This document shows positions 18,683 through 28,690 of a DNA stretch of 64,000 nucleotides, piece by piece; positions within the stretch are counted from its first letter, which is position 1, and the number at the start of each line of letters is the position of its first letter. Source of the stretch: Dehalococcoidia bacterium. Lineage in GTDB: Bacteria > Chloroflexota > Dehalococcoidia > Lucifugimonadales > UBA3495. The stretch covers positions 5,967 to 69,966 of the forward strand of contig DPHC01000008.1 of assembly GCA_003523055.1 (NCBI GenBank). Direction: 5' to 3'. The notes under the pieces are model-generated. The model made no database searches, had not been told where the DNA came from, and saw only the letters and a list, made by a program, of their open reading frames with translations. A program made the translations under genes and the position numbers.

Positions 18683-20509
18683 ATGTGTGGTATATCTGGA
18701 ATAATAGGTAATGACTGGGAGGAGTCCTCTCTAGATAAAATGATTACGTGTCAAATTCATAGAGGGCCAAACAATAGTGCTAAGTTTGTAGATGAATCTA
18801 AATTTGTAGGGCTTGGACATAATAGACTCTCTATACAAGACCTTAGAGAAGAAGCCAACTGTCCCATGACTGATAATTCTGGAAATTTAACATTGATATT
18901 TAATGGTGAAATATATAATTTTATTGAATTACGTGAACAATTGAAAGAATATACTTTCAAAACTAGTAGTGATACAGAGGTTATTCTAGCTGCATATCTG
19001 AAATGGGGAAAACAGTGCGTCACAAAATTCATAGGCATGTTCGCTTTAGCAATTTGGGACAATAAAAATCATTCTTTATTTTGTTCTAGGGATAGGCTTG
19101 GCATCAAACCTTTTTATTATTACTATAAAAACAATACATTAATATTCGCATCGGAAATCAAGAGCATATTGGCTGCTAAAGTCAAAGCTGAACCTAACTG
19201 GAACCAATGGTCAGATTACCTGAGATTTGGTGCAATGGATCATTCTCACGAAACATTTTTCAAAGACATCTACATGTTACCAGCTGGCCATAACTTATTA
19301 TTACACAATTTCGAATTATCTTTCCAACGATACTGGAATGTAGAAGATGCATCTATTGGCATAGATACCAGCGACCTCAAACAATCTACTGATTATCTAT
19401 ATAGTCTGCTAACCGATACCGCATCATTGCATTTACGTAGTGATGTACCTGTAAGTGTGAATCTATCTGGTGGAATTGACTCGAATCTTTTAGCTTTATT
19501 AATTGATAAACACACTACGTCAGACACCTGTTACTCTTTCACAAGTTCATTCGAAGACAAAACATATGATGAATACCAATATGTTAAAACATTAAAGTTA
19601 AATAATATAACCAAATTAAGTACTCTAACCAATTTTGAAGATATTCCTACACTCGCATACAAACTTACTAAAATACAAGAAGCGCCCTTTGGAGGAGTCC
19701 CGACCATAGCATATTACAAATTACACCAATCAATAAAAGAGCATAAAATCCCTGTTTCTTTAGAAGGACAAGGAATTGACGAATTGTTCGGCGGATACAC
19801 TTATACTCATCCTTATCATTATGCGGACATAGTAAAAACACATGGATGGACATTTTTATTACAAGAGTATCCAAATGCCGCCCAATACAGGAAAGTTATT
19901 GAATCAATTATTGAAGGCCATCCTGAAACAGTCAGTCAAGATGGTACAAGTCATTTACGGACCCAAGCCATTAACAAAGAACACTTATCGAACAAGAATG
20001 AACAACTCAAAATTGTAAGCCCTTACTCTGATAACCTTCGGGATACTTTATATAAGGATTTATTTCATACTAAACTACCTAGAGTTTTACGAATGAACGA
20101 CAAATTATCTATGTCTCAAAGCATTGAATTGCGGGAGCCATTCTTAGACCACCGTATAGTGGAGTTTGCTTTTAATTTAGATAACAATCTAAAAATAAAT
20201 CGTAGCGGTGGCAAATTCATAATTCGCCATCTTATGCAAAATTTAACTGGAGGGGACAGTTCTTACATTAAGAAACTTAAAATGTCGGTTGTGACTCCTC
20301 AAACAACATGGCTACAGAATGAACTATCTGGATGGGTAGAAAGCATATTAAACTCTCAATCATTCAAAACCAGAGGTATATTTGACACTCAAGTTGTAAA
20401 ATCACTATACGCTGATTTCAAAACTCACGGCTCAAATAATTCTTCCTACATTTGGCAATGGATAAATACTGAGCTGTGGTTCCAAACATTTATTGATCAA
20501 GCTATTTAA
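18683..20509 (+). CDS. Asparagine synthase (glutamine-hydrolysing)-family amidotransferase
   Basis: MCGI N-terminal Cys nucleophile (Ntn GATase). PP-loop SGGIDS (VNLSGGIDSNL). About 608 aa. Confidence 0.9.
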   Translation: MCGISGIIGNDWEESSLDKMITCQIHRGPNNSAKFVDESKFVGLGHNRLSIQDLREEANCPMTDNSGNLTLIFNGEIYNFIELREQLKEYTFKTSSDTEVILAAYLKWGKQCVTKFIGMFALAIWDNKNHSLFCSRDRLGIKPFYYYYKNNTLIFASEIKSILAAKVKAEPNWNQWSDYLRFGAMDHSHETFFKDIYMLPAGHNLLLHNFELSFQRYWNVEDASIGIDTSDLKQSTDYLYSLLTDTASLHLRSDVPVSVNLSGGIDSNLLALLIDKHTTSDTCYSFTSSFEDKTYDEYQYVKTLKLNNITKLSTLTNFEDIPTLAYKLTKIQEAPFGGVPTIAYYKLHQSIKEHKIPVSLEGQGIDELFGGYTYTHPYHYADIVKTHGWTFLLQEYPNAAQYRKVIESIIEGHPETVSQDGTSHLRTQAINKEHLSNKNEQLKIVSPYSDNLRDTLYKDLFHTKLPRVLRMNDKLSMSQSIELREPFLDHRIVEFAFNLDNNLKINRSGGKFIIRHLMQNLTGGDSSYIKKLKMSVVTPQTTWLQNELSGWVESILNSQSFKTRGIFDTQVVKSLYADFKTHGSNNSSYIWQWINTELWFQTFIDQAI

Positions 20510-20510
20510 C

Positions 20511-21431
20511 ATGAAATATATCTTTTGTATAATTAGGAAACTGTATAACAAAGTAAAAATATCGTTTCTTAAATTAATATTAAATTCTAATAATTTCCAA
20601 TTATATTCTTTACGAGCCTCACTTTATGCAAGGTTTTTAACTGAAAATCTACAATTGGACACTCACATCAAATTAGTAGACAGCTTACCATTCTTCAATA
20701 CTAATAACTTAGAAACCACCACATCTCCAGATTACAAGAGATTAATGGTGTTCGCGCCACATCAGGATGATGACATAATTGGATGCGGCGGAACTATATT
20801 AAATAGCATAAAAAACAAAGCTGAAATACAAGTAACTTATATCATGGATGGAGCTCCTCCTAAATTTCATGGTTCTCAAAGAACTGAGTACGTCAACACT
20901 CGGAATATTGAAGCTATTAATGTGTGGAAAACCATCAATAACAGTACTCCAATATTCCTCGAAACGCCCACAAGAGGGATAGCAATTGACCCCCAAACAG
21001 TAATTACAAAAATACAGGATGTTATTTCTAAATATGATCCGGATTGTATTTTTGTACCGTATTTTTTGGAAACACCTCTTGATCACCGAAGGAGTTCATA
21101 TGTTATTTGGCAAGCCCTGCAAAATATCAAACATAATATTAAACAAATATGGTGCTATCAAGTTACTACAATGATTAGCCCAAATATTGCAGTTGACATA
21201 TCTGACGTTGAACAGAATAAATTTGCGTTAATGAATTTATGGGAGTCCCAAAACAAATTATTCAACTATGCTCATCGTACGCGAGGGTTAAACGCAGCAA
21301 ACTCAGTTTATACTAAACAACTATCATCTTTGAAAAATACCCCCTATGTAGAACTGTTTCACGTATTAACCCCAAAGGAATATTCACAATTACTTCAACA
21401 CCACTATGCTAATACAAATTTATTCGGATAA
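20511..21431 (+). CDS. PIG-L/LmbE-family de-N-acetylase
   Basis: VFAPHQDDDIIGCGGTI is the AHPDDE-type zinc motif. ATG at 20511, just after the upstream stop. The ORF track start at 20493 overlaps asnB. Confidence 0.8.
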   Translation: MKYIFCIIRKLYNKVKISFLKLILNSNNFQLYSLRASLYARFLTENLQLDTHIKLVDSLPFFNTNNLETTTSPDYKRLMVFAPHQDDDIIGCGGTILNSIKNKAEIQVTYIMDGAPPKFHGSQRTEYVNTRNIEAINVWKTINNSTPIFLETPTRGIAIDPQTVITKIQDVISKYDPDCIFVPYFLETPLDHRRSSYVIWQALQNIKHNIKQIWCYQVTTMISPNIAVDISDVEQNKFALMNLWESQNKLFNYAHRTRGLNAANSVYTKQLSSLKNTPYVELFHVLTPKEYSQLLQHHYANTNLFG

Positions 21432-21436
21432 ATATA

Positions 21437-21922
21437 ATGACTACAACAAATAATATAGCTTTGTTTATAACAGATGTAGATGGAACGTTAACTGACGGAG
21501 GAATGTATTATTCTTCCCAAGGAGAGGTGATGAAAAAATTCAACACTAAAGATGCTGTTGGATTAAGACTACTACAAGAACAAGGAATAATAATTGCCAT
21601 AATTACAGGCGAAGATTCTGACATCGTTCGAGCGAGAGCCTTAAAATTAAAAATACAACATGTATACTGCGGTATATATGACAAACTAGCTATACTCAAC
21701 AGCCTTTGCGAACAACTAAATATTGATTCCCAAAATGTTGCATATGTAGGAGATGATCTCAATGACACAGAAATAATGAAAGCAGTTGGGCTATCGTTTG
21801 CTGTAGGCGATGCCGAAAAAACTATAAAAGAAATTGCCCATATCAATTTAGAACGATTAGGTGGATATGGAGCTGTACGTGAAGCAGCTAACTATATTTT
21901 GGAGCATCATAATGAAACGTAA
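21437..21922 (+). CDS. KdsC-family HAD phosphatase (ulosonate-phosphate phosphatase, e.g. KDN-9-P/Neu5Ac-9-P/Kdo-8-P type)
   Basis: FITDVDGTLTDGGMYY (DxDGT nucleophile motif), TKDAVGL, and VGDDLNDTEIM. 161 aa with no cap domain, as in KdsC. Confidence 0.85.
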   Translation: MTTTNNIALFITDVDGTLTDGGMYYSSQGEVMKKFNTKDAVGLRLLQEQGIIIAIITGEDSDIVRARALKLKIQHVYCGIYDKLAILNSLCEQLNIDSQNVAYVGDDLNDTEIMKAVGLSFAVGDAEKTIKEIAHINLERLGGYGAVREAANYILEHHNET

Positions 21923-23066
21923 AATCTGCGTGGTCATCACTGCAAGACCAAGCTATGCACGAATAAGAACTGTGCTACAAGCCATACAAAAAAACCCCAA
22001 TCTAGAATTGCAACTTATAGTCTCGGGATCCGCATTGCTCAGCAAATATGGATCAGCCGTTGATTTCATTAAAAAAGACGGATTCATACCAGCATCAGAA
22101 ATATACCATGTTATAGAAGGTGAAACTTTACTGTCTTCTGCAAAGTCCACTGGGTTAGCATTAATAGAACTGTCTAGTGAATTAAGTCGCCTTCAACCAG
22201 ACGCCGTGATAACAATAGCAGATAGATACGAAACATTAGCAACTGCAATAGCAGCATCATATTTGAACATCCCAGTTATACACATCCAAGGAGGAGAAGT
22301 TACGGGATCTATAGATGAAAAGGTTCGCCACGCAGTTACCAAGCTATCTGACATTCATATGGTATCAACTCAAAAAGCTTATGATCGAGTAGTTGCAATG
22401 GGAGAAGATCCATCCACAGTATATCTGACAGGCTGCCCTTCAATTGATATTGCAAAACAAGTTATAGCGGACCCGATATTAGATTTTAATCCTTTTACGA
22501 AATATGGAGGAGTTGGTGATACATTCGACACCAGCCAAGACTACTTAATTGTGATGCAACACCCAATCACGACAGAACAAGAATTCGCTAAAGAACAAGC
22601 TTTATCTACAATGCGAGCTATAAACCAAATTGGTATACCTACATTCTGGTTTTGGCCAAATCCAGATGCAGGCTCCGCTGTTATAGCTAAAGAAATCCGA
22701 ATTTTTAGAGAAACAACACCAGATTGTAATATACATTTCCTTATAAATATGTCGCCAGAAGACTTCCTAAAGCTGACATTATCATCAGCCTGTATTATAG
22801 GTAATTCCAGCGTAGCAATACGAGAATGCTCCTTCCTGGGAGTACCGGCGGTAAATATAGGTAACAGACAACGCGGCAGAGAGCGCGGTCAAAATGTAGT
22901 AGATACTAAACATGATACTGAAGAAATATTAGCTGCAATAAGTTGTCAAATAAAAAACACATCCATTAAAACCGATAACTTATACGGAAATGGCGACTCA
23001 GGCAAGAAGATATCAGAAATATTATCAACTTGTGAACTTAAAATAGAAAAAACCTTGATGATTTAA
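21912..23066 (+). CDS. neuC: UDP-N-acetylglucosamine 2-epimerase, NeuC-like (hydrolysing type)
   Basis: KICVVITARPSYARI, DRYETLA, and HIQGGEVTGSIDE rather than the HVEAGLR of WecB. ATG at 21912 overlaps the phosphatase stop by 11 nt. The ORF track start at 21861 is unlikely. Confidence 0.8.
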   Translation: MKRKICVVITARPSYARIRTVLQAIQKNPNLELQLIVSGSALLSKYGSAVDFIKKDGFIPASEIYHVIEGETLLSSAKSTGLALIELSSELSRLQPDAVITIADRYETLATAIAASYLNIPVIHIQGGEVTGSIDEKVRHAVTKLSDIHMVSTQKAYDRVVAMGEDPSTVYLTGCPSIDIAKQVIADPILDFNPFTKYGGVGDTFDTSQDYLIVMQHPITTEQEFAKEQALSTMRAINQIGIPTFWFWPNPDAGSAVIAKEIRIFRETTPDCNIHFLINMSPEDFLKLTLSSACIIGNSSVAIRECSFLGVPAVNIGNRQRGRERGQNVVDTKHDTEEILAAISCQIKNTSIKTDNLYGNGDSGKKISEILSTCELKIEKTLMI

Positions 23067-23079
23067 AAAGGGAATCACT

Positions 23080-23826
23080 ATGTATAATCAATCAAATAAC
23101 TTAGCCATAATTCCAGCTAGAGCAGGTAGTAAAGGTATCATAAACAAAAACTTGATGCAGGTAGGCAGTAAAAACCTTATAGAACATGCTATCAATGCAT
23201 CTGCTAGTAGCAAACGCCTTCAGCATACCATCGTGACATCCGATCATCCCTCAATATTAGAAATTGGAGAGAACTTAAATGTATATGTTCGGAACCGTCC
23301 TGCATATATGGCTACAGATGAATCGCCTGTGGTACTTTGCCTCCAAGACGCAGTAATGCATATGGAAACGACTCGTGGCACAGAATACACCAACATTATA
23401 CTGCTACAACCTACGTCACCAATTCGAACTGGCAAAGATATAGATAATATTATCAATATGCTAGATGCGGACTCCACCATTGAAGGAATAGTTAGCGTTG
23501 CAGAATGCGGTGTGTTTTTACCAGATCATCAATATGTAATAAAAGAATCTACAGCACACCCCTCGTCTTTATTAATCCCATATAACAACTACGATAGTCC
23601 TTTATCTAATCAACGAGCACGAAGGCAAGACATTCAACATAGCTATGTAAGAAACGGTGCTATTTATGCAGCTAGAAGAAACATTTTAATGGACGATGGG
23701 AAAATTATTGTGGACAATAAAGTCCCTTATATCATGCCAAAAAAATACATCTGCAATTTAGATGATTACGATGATTTAGCATTAGCTAAAATCATCGTCC
23801 CAGCTTGGGAAAATGATTTGCTATGA
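23080..23826 (+). CDS. Second acylneuraminate (CMP-ulosonate) cytidylyltransferase
   Basis: LAIIPARAGSKGIINKNL signature. 248 aa. Confidence 0.85.
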   Translation: MYNQSNNLAIIPARAGSKGIINKNLMQVGSKNLIEHAINASASSKRLQHTIVTSDHPSILEIGENLNVYVRNRPAYMATDESPVVLCLQDAVMHMETTRGTEYTNIILLQPTSPIRTGKDIDNIINMLDADSTIEGIVSVAECGVFLPDHQYVIKESTAHPSSLLIPYNNYDSPLSNQRARRQDIQHSYVRNGAIYAARRNILMDDGKIIVDNKVPYIMPKKYICNLDDYDDLALAKIIVPAWENDLL

Positions 23827-24740
23827 CTATCAATATTTTTAACAATGAGCCTGACGAATATTCATCTAAGGCAGTAGAAATACTAAAAACCGTTGGTGAT
23901 TATTATGAGTCAGTTAGTAACATACCAATACATATTTTAATCACTAGACTAAAACACAAAATCGATAAAAAATTTCTGGCGCAGTATCCTCATTTACAAT
24001 ACATACTTACCGCAACCACCGGATTGGACCATATAGATTTAGATGAATGCTCATCTCGGGATATTCACGTCATCTCACTCAACGGTGAATATGATTTTTT
24101 ATCAAGTATAGTTGCTACATCTGAACACACCATAGCTTTAATGTTATCTCTTCTACGTAATATTCCAAGGGCTATTTTAGATGTTCAAAATTCGCATTGG
24201 AGCCGAATGCAATTCAAAGGACATGAACTAAAAAATAAAACCATTTGCATATTAGGTATGGGCAGATTAGGAACCCAAGTCGCAAAAATGGCATCGGCAT
24301 TTCAAATGAATATCCAAGGATTTGACTACAAACAAGTTTCAACCTTCAATGTAACTAAAGATCTAACTAAAGCTTTAACAGGTTCAGATATATTGTCAAT
24401 TCATTTGCCTTATAACTCATCAACAAAAAAACTAGTAGGTCTGCCAGAAATATTATGCCTGAAACCAAACTCATACATAATAAATACTTCTCGAGGTCAA
24501 ATCCTTGACGAAAAAGCAGTGATCGAAAGCTTAGAAAAAAAACACTTGGCCGGCGTTGCTGTTGATGTATTAGAAAATGAATACAACTTAAAAAATAACG
24601 CTCTTTGGAATTACGCAAACACTCACAGTAATGTCATTATAACGCCCCATATATCTGGGTGTACCTATGAATCAATGGAAGCGACTGAAATATTCATAGC
24701 AAACAAATTCAAAGCTTTAATCAATTTAAAAACAAACTAA
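23823..24740 (+). CDS. D-isomer-specific 2-hydroxyacid dehydrogenase (glycerate/phosphoglycerate dehydrogenase-like)
   Basis: NAD motif LGMGRLGTQVAKMA. Catalytic R (NTSRGQILDE), E (DVLENE) and H (ITPHISG). Confidence 0.8.
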   Translation: MTINIFNNEPDEYSSKAVEILKTVGDYYESVSNIPIHILITRLKHKIDKKFLAQYPHLQYILTATTGLDHIDLDECSSRDIHVISLNGEYDFLSSIVATSEHTIALMLSLLRNIPRAILDVQNSHWSRMQFKGHELKNKTICILGMGRLGTQVAKMASAFQMNIQGFDYKQVSTFNVTKDLTKALTGSDILSIHLPYNSSTKKLVGLPEILCLKPNSYIINTSRGQILDEKAVIESLEKKHLAGVAVDVLENEYNLKNNALWNYANTHSNVIITPHISGCTYESMEATEIFIANKFKALINLKTN

Positions 24741-24768
24741 TGTTAATGGAGGAGCGTGCACCACACTC

Positions 24769-26307
24769 ATGAATGGATTATTCATCTCACAATCAGGCAG
24801 TTTAGAAATGTTTTATGGGTTGTCACAAGCAATGAATGACAGCTTGCATCTCAATAAAATGGGATTGTTAGTCTCGCATAGGAGAAATTTTAGTGATTTT
24901 CAAAAAGCTAATCCAGATAATTTATTAAAAAAATACACATTATTCAAAGAATGGGAAGTGACCAATAATTTCAAATCAGAAACTCTAGACTACAATTTGC
25001 TCAATGATTACGAAAAACAACTCGGAGTCAGCACGTTATGGGAAGCCTTAATAGCAGATCGGCGATTAACATTGGGGAGAAAAACAAGCTATTTTCAAGA
25101 TTACAATCCAAGATATTCTCATGAAGACTTACTAAAAATATTACAAACAGGCCTACAACATACCGAACAATTATTTGACGCCATTAAGCCGGATTTTGTA
25201 GTTTCATTCATATGTGTCACAATGCTGGAGTATTTATGCTATCTCTTTGCACAATCTCGCAATATACCATTTCTAAACATACGAACTGCACGTCTTGAAA
25301 ATTACATGGTTTATGGTAATAACGTAACTGATCCAAGTGAAAGGATAGTGAACAAATACCATGACTTGTCTAGGAACAGCATATCTCCACAATTATTGGA
25401 ACAATCTACAGATATCTATAAGAAAATCAAATCAGGATCTGGTAAATATGAGGGATTAACAATCCAAAATCCCAATGTTTACAAAAAATGGACATTCTTT
25501 TTAAAAAATTTTAACATTGTAAAAATTGTCAAAATTATGGTCACTGAATATCAAATCAAATTTGGTAAATACAAAGACAATCACGATCCTGGAATAATAA
25601 TACCTACCATTTTTGAGAGAATTTATAAACCTCTACTAAAAAAATCTATTAACCTCAAACTTAAAAAACAATACGTTCCAACATCAGATTTAAATAAATA
25701 CACTTACGCTTTTTTCCCACTTCATTTGGAACCTGAAAGGGTATTGTTGATTTCGGCCCGATATTACTTGAATCAAATTGAAGTAGTAAGAAACATAGCC
25801 CAAAGCCTGCCTGCAGGGATGACATTAATTGTAAAAGATCACCCTAAAGGATTTGGAAGAAGACCTTACAGTTTTTACGATAAGCTTTTAAAAATACCCA
25901 ATGTTAAGTTAATCCGGCCAGACGTCAATTCTGAGGTGATTATAGAAAATGCCAAATTGATAACAACGATAGCGGGAACAGTAGGATGGGAAGCCATCAT
26001 CAAAGAAAAGCCTGTAATCATATTCGGACCAACTATATATGATTTTTTACCATCAAGCATGGTAAGAAAAATAACAGACATAAACAAAACTAGCCAAATC
26101 ATACAAGAATTGTTAGAAACATATAAATTTAATGAAGCATCTATCATTCAAATGATAGCATCTAGTGTGTCAGAGTCTATCCCAATTAATTTTTACTCGA
26201 CGCTATTATCCAGAAAAAATGTAGTCAATATTGATTCAATTCAAGACGATTGGGATCAAGAAATTCGCAGACTTGCCAAATACACAATAAAATCTTTACA
26301 AGTTTGA
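24769..26307 (+). CDS. Capsule-polysaccharide-biosynthesis (KpsS/KpsC-like, Capsule_synth) family protein; candidate ulosonic acid transferase
   Basis: YAFFPLHLEPERVLL ... LIVKDHPKG ... TIAGTVGWEAIIKEKPVIIFG resembles the Capsule_synth family layout. Recognised by eye only. Confidence 0.5.
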   Translation: MNGLFISQSGSLEMFYGLSQAMNDSLHLNKMGLLVSHRRNFSDFQKANPDNLLKKYTLFKEWEVTNNFKSETLDYNLLNDYEKQLGVSTLWEALIADRRLTLGRKTSYFQDYNPRYSHEDLLKILQTGLQHTEQLFDAIKPDFVVSFICVTMLEYLCYLFAQSRNIPFLNIRTARLENYMVYGNNVTDPSERIVNKYHDLSRNSISPQLLEQSTDIYKKIKSGSGKYEGLTIQNPNVYKKWTFFLKNFNIVKIVKIMVTEYQIKFGKYKDNHDPGIIIPTIFERIYKPLLKKSINLKLKKQYVPTSDLNKYTYAFFPLHLEPERVLLISARYYLNQIEVVRNIAQSLPAGMTLIVKDHPKGFGRRPYSFYDKLLKIPNVKLIRPDVNSEVIIENAKLITTIAGTVGWEAIIKEKPVIIFGPTIYDFLPSSMVRKITDINKTSQIIQELLETYKFNEASIIQMIASSVSESIPINFYSTLLSRKNVVNIDSIQDDWDQEIRRLAKYTIKSLQV

Positions 26308-27545
26308 TAAATAACTTCACAAATACAGATTTATTGATATTGTCCGACTTCTCAGGCGGCTCTATAAGAGATCCTAAATTCCTTGCGCAAGACTTAATTT
26401 GCAAATTGAAATTAGAGCCTTTAGTAACTGCAGATAATGAAACACATGATTACAATCTACACTTCAATTTTGGAATACAAAACAACTCAAAACAACTGAA
26501 AACAATAAATATCATAATTGATTTAGAAGAGCAGCATCTAAATCTGAAACCCAAGACAATTTACACTTCTCCTTCGCCCACACATCAGTACTGTGAATCA
26601 AAAACTAATGTGTTACCAAATGAACTAGGCTATCAGTTTGAAATCAAAATCGATCCTGAAAGCTGCCTATATATATCAAACACACTATGGAACCCGATCG
26701 ATGCTATTAACAAAACATTTGAATCACTATGCCAGCAAGAGCCTCTACACGTTATCGACTATGGAACATCTTGCAATGGAAATAAATTATCAGCCTATAA
26801 AACATTTCAAGACCGTGATTTAAATAAACCATTAATTTTAATCACGTCTGGATTTCATCCTACTGAAGGAGATACTACTGCAACCGAGGCAATAGCCAAG
26901 TGGTTATTGACCACTGGTAAAGACAATACTAAAAATGTTGATTTTGTGATAATACCTGTAGTAAATCCTGATGGATTTACCTCAGGATATAATGGATGTA
27001 ATACTTCCGGAATAAATCTCTTTTGGGATTTTCAAAATTACAATCTTAAATCATGCCCAGAAGCCTATTATTTATGGGAGTTTATAAAACAATTTCCTCC
27101 CAATATTTATCTAGATTTTCATGCTTACTCTATTCAAGGCAAACAAAAAAAGATTGGCCCTTACTTCAAGCCTGAGATATTTTATTTTGGGAAACTCACT
27201 AAAGAGTATGCATCTAAAATGCTGAAATCATTAGAATCACTACCTGGTAATAAATCTCAAAAATTATATGCCCCTTCAACACTTGCTTATAAAATTACAA
27301 AAACATTCAACACAATAACATTTGCAAAATACCATTTGCATCAGGACCTGGGAATCCATGGGTTACAACAATTAGCGATTAACGTCGTACAAAACATAGT
27401 TCATACCCTTAATCACTGTGACTTGCACGACCAAATATTAAGACCTTATGGGAGCCGCCATAAACCGTATAAAGACATTTTAAGCCAAATGTTATACACA
27501 TGTAGATATTCCTTGCCAAAACAACTGAAGAAGCAATTTAAATAA
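26304..27545 (+). CDS. M14 zinc-carboxypeptidase-like protein
   Basis: SGFHPTEGD (HxxE), VIIPVVNPDGF and DFHAYS (third Zn ligand). The GxDLNRN substrate motif is replaced by GINLFWDF. TTG at 26304 overlaps the upstream TGA (TTGA). The ATG at 26250 would overlap by 58 nt. Confidence 0.55.
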   Translation: MINNFTNTDLLILSDFSGGSIRDPKFLAQDLICKLKLEPLVTADNETHDYNLHFNFGIQNNSKQLKTINIIIDLEEQHLNLKPKTIYTSPSPTHQYCESKTNVLPNELGYQFEIKIDPESCLYISNTLWNPIDAINKTFESLCQQEPLHVIDYGTSCNGNKLSAYKTFQDRDLNKPLILITSGFHPTEGDTTATEAIAKWLLTTGKDNTKNVDFVIIPVVNPDGFTSGYNGCNTSGINLFWDFQNYNLKSCPEAYYLWEFIKQFPPNIYLDFHAYSIQGKQKKIGPYFKPEIFYFGKLTKEYASKMLKSLESLPGNKSQKLYAPSTLAYKITKTFNTITFAKYHLHQDLGIHGLQQLAINVVQNIVHTLNHCDLHDQILRPYGSRHKPYKDILSQMLYTCRYSLPKQLKKQFK

Positions 27546-27555
27546 ATTGATAAAA

Positions 27556-28686
27556 ATGAACATAGTATTTTGGTCAGATTCTTATGTACCTTCTATTGCA
27601 GCTAATAGCATTCAAGTATTAAAAATGTGTAATGCTTTAACTAATTCTGGCCATGAAGTATGCCTTTATGCTAAAAAGCCTCATGGAACTCCGAATAATC
27701 TTAAAGACATTAACAATATATACGGCATTGACTCAATATTTGACATCAAAATTTTGAAAAGTAACCCCGATATTAAACATTTAGATTATGATTTTAAAAT
27801 TTGTTGGAAAATAATGAAAGGAAAGCCTGATTTAATTTATACTCGCAATATACGATCAGCAATTATATCATCCATTTTAAGCATTCCAACAATATTAGAA
27901 CTTCATTACCTCCCCGTAACCATTTTTAGTAAATTAGCACTGAAACTCTTACATAAGTCACCTCATTGTAAAAACATTGTAGTAATATCAAATAAATTAA
28001 AGAATGTCATATTACAAAAATACCCATATATAAATGAGTCTGAAATTCAAGTTGCTCATGACGCGGTTGATCTAGATAGATTCAACTTTAATCATAATGC
28101 AAATAAAATTACCAAGGAAGTATTGGAGCTGAATCCTGACAATAAGACAGCAGTTTATGTAGGACACCTTTATCCTGGTAGAGGCATTAAAATGATATTA
28201 AAATTAGCAAAATCATTATCAAATATAAATTTTTTAATCATTGGAGGACATTTTAATGATATTAAAACTTACCAAGATTACGCATATAAAAATCATATAA
28301 ACAATATAAAATTTGTAGGTTTCGTTCCAAACAGCCAATTGCCACATTATTATGCTTTAGCAGACGTATTGTTGATGCCTTATCAAAAAAAAGTCGAGGT
28401 GTCGGGCGGTGGAGACACCTCTGAATGGATGAGTCCTATGAAGACTTATGAATACATGGCAACAGGTAAGCCTATAATTTCAAGTGACCTTCCAGCATTG
28501 AGAGAGGTTTTAAATGAATCTAATGCTATCTTAGTTGAACCTGACAATGTAGAAGATTGGAAATACCATATAGAAAATACACTGACAAATACAATTTTAG
28601 CAACTAAAATAAGCTTCAATGCTCGGATGTGTGCCGAATCTAATACTTGGGATGATCGAGTTTCAAAAATTCTAGGACATCTATAA
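27556..28686 (+). CDS. GT4-family glycosyltransferase
   Basis: GT-B layout with a C-terminal EX7E-type motif (EWMSPMKTYEYMATGKPII). TTG at 27547 is an alternative start. Confidence 0.8.
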   Translation: MNIVFWSDSYVPSIAANSIQVLKMCNALTNSGHEVCLYAKKPHGTPNNLKDINNIYGIDSIFDIKILKSNPDIKHLDYDFKICWKIMKGKPDLIYTRNIRSAIISSILSIPTILELHYLPVTIFSKLALKLLHKSPHCKNIVVISNKLKNVILQKYPYINESEIQVAHDAVDLDRFNFNHNANKITKEVLELNPDNKTAVYVGHLYPGRGIKMILKLAKSLSNINFLIIGGHFNDIKTYQDYAYKNHINNIKFVGFVPNSQLPHYYALADVLLMPYQKKVEVSGGGDTSEWMSPMKTYEYMATGKPIISSDLPALREVLNESNAILVEPDNVEDWKYHIENTLTNTILATKISFNARMCAESNTWDDRVSKILGHL

Positions 28687-28690
28687 ACTA

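Noticed and set aside
26638-26823. 61-aa + strand ORF inside the M14-like gene, and other 60-80-aa ORFs throughout the island, as possible small peptides or RiPP precursors for the radical SAM enzyme.
   Set aside because: All are out-of-frame overlaps of longer motif-bearing genes. None sits in an intergenic gap or next to the radical SAM gene.
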